A stretch of DNA of 9,530 nucleotides from Octopus sinensis (lineage: Eukaryota): positions 1-9,530 of the forward strand of contig NW_021827872.1 of the NCBI RefSeq assembly GCF_006345805.1. Reading direction: 5' to 3'. The notes beneath the pieces are model-generated. The model was not told the origin of the DNA, ran no database searches, and saw nothing but the letters and a program-made list of their open reading frames with translations. Shown here piece by piece: positions 8,972-9,530 of this stretch. The translations under genes and the position numbers were made by a program. Each line of letters starts with the position of its first letter. Positions within the stretch are counted from its first letter, which is position 1.

Positions 8972-9141
8972 CCCGCGGAAATCAAATTAAATAAAATTTG
9001 AGATTTTTTGCGGAGGATATAGGTAGAGGACGTCACCAACTGTGCAAATACATGAAATACGTAAACAAACGAGGGAAAAACGAATGAAATACTTAAACAA
9101 CGTGAAAAAATGGAAAACAGGATAAGTTAACAAAGAGAAAG

Positions 9142-9216
9142 GACTCTTCGTCTGTTGTCGGCTGTCTATCTACTCCTCATTTCGAGCATTCTACGACAAT
9201 ATAAGTCTTCAAAGAC
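9142..9216 (-). ncRNA. Hammerhead-ribozyme-like motif B (degenerate)
   Basis: Minus strand: gtcttt GAAG actt ATA TTGTCG [33 nt] CGACAA CAGACGA agagtc. The spacing matches motif A, with a different but perfect 6-bp stem I. The core has CAGA instead of CUGA. Confidence 0.3.
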
Positions 9217-9416
9217 AGTTGCACCCATAAATTCTGAAAATAAAATTTAGGATTTATGGAGGGTCAAAGTTGGAAACAAAAATATGACAGTGGAAACATA
9301 CGAGGAAACCGGATGAAAACAAACATGGGGGATCGTTAGAACAGAACGAGAGGAAAATAGTGAACGTTGGGAAAACATTTTTTTTTTTGAAAAGAGAAAA
9401 GATTGAAGAGAGAGAA

Positions 9417-9488
9417 ACACACACACACACACACATATCCACACACACACCACACACACAAACGCACACACACACCACACACACCCAC

Positions 9489-9527
<39 letters not shown>

Positions 9528-9530
9528 CAT
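9417..9530. repeat. Imperfect (CA)n microsatellite running off the window end
   Basis: Directly visible. Confidence 0.96.

Larger units (their letters stand above)
8770..9415 (-). mobile_element. Interspersed repeat with an internal diverged ~250-bp tandem dimer; Penelope-like element or retrozyme-like remnant
   Basis: Collinear matches at constant offset: aaacaacg 8847/9095 (+248), atctactcc 8917/9168 (+251), aataaaattt 8990/9239 (+249). Each unit has a hammerhead-like motif on the minus strand. The family assignment is inference. Confidence 0.55.

Overview
A very AT-rich, microsatellite-saturated eukaryotic intergenic or intronic window. It is probably from a coleoid cephalopod (Octopus-like), inferred from the recalled SINE family and the repeat load, not from a search. 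No credible protein-coding gene is present, and almost every ORF in the supplied track is a translation of simple repeats. The non-simple sequence between the microsatellites holds five things. (1) A heavily decayed minus-strand non-LTR retrotransposon reverse transcriptase fossil (~2940-3560, possibly 2509-4200) that the ORF track misses. (2) A minus-strand tRNA-like cloverleaf (3625-3695) next to or inside that fossil. (3) Three copies or fragments of one SINE-like family (4618-4810, 5466-5548, 5559-5767). (4) A degenerate 26-bp minisatellite of ~22 units (4851-5435). (5) A diverged ~250-bp tandem dimer (~8770-9270) in which each unit carries a minus-strand hammerhead-ribozyme-like motif with a compensatorily changed stem I, reminiscent of Penelope-like element or retrozyme repeats. 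Both hammerhead-like motifs deviate from the canonical core and may be dead.
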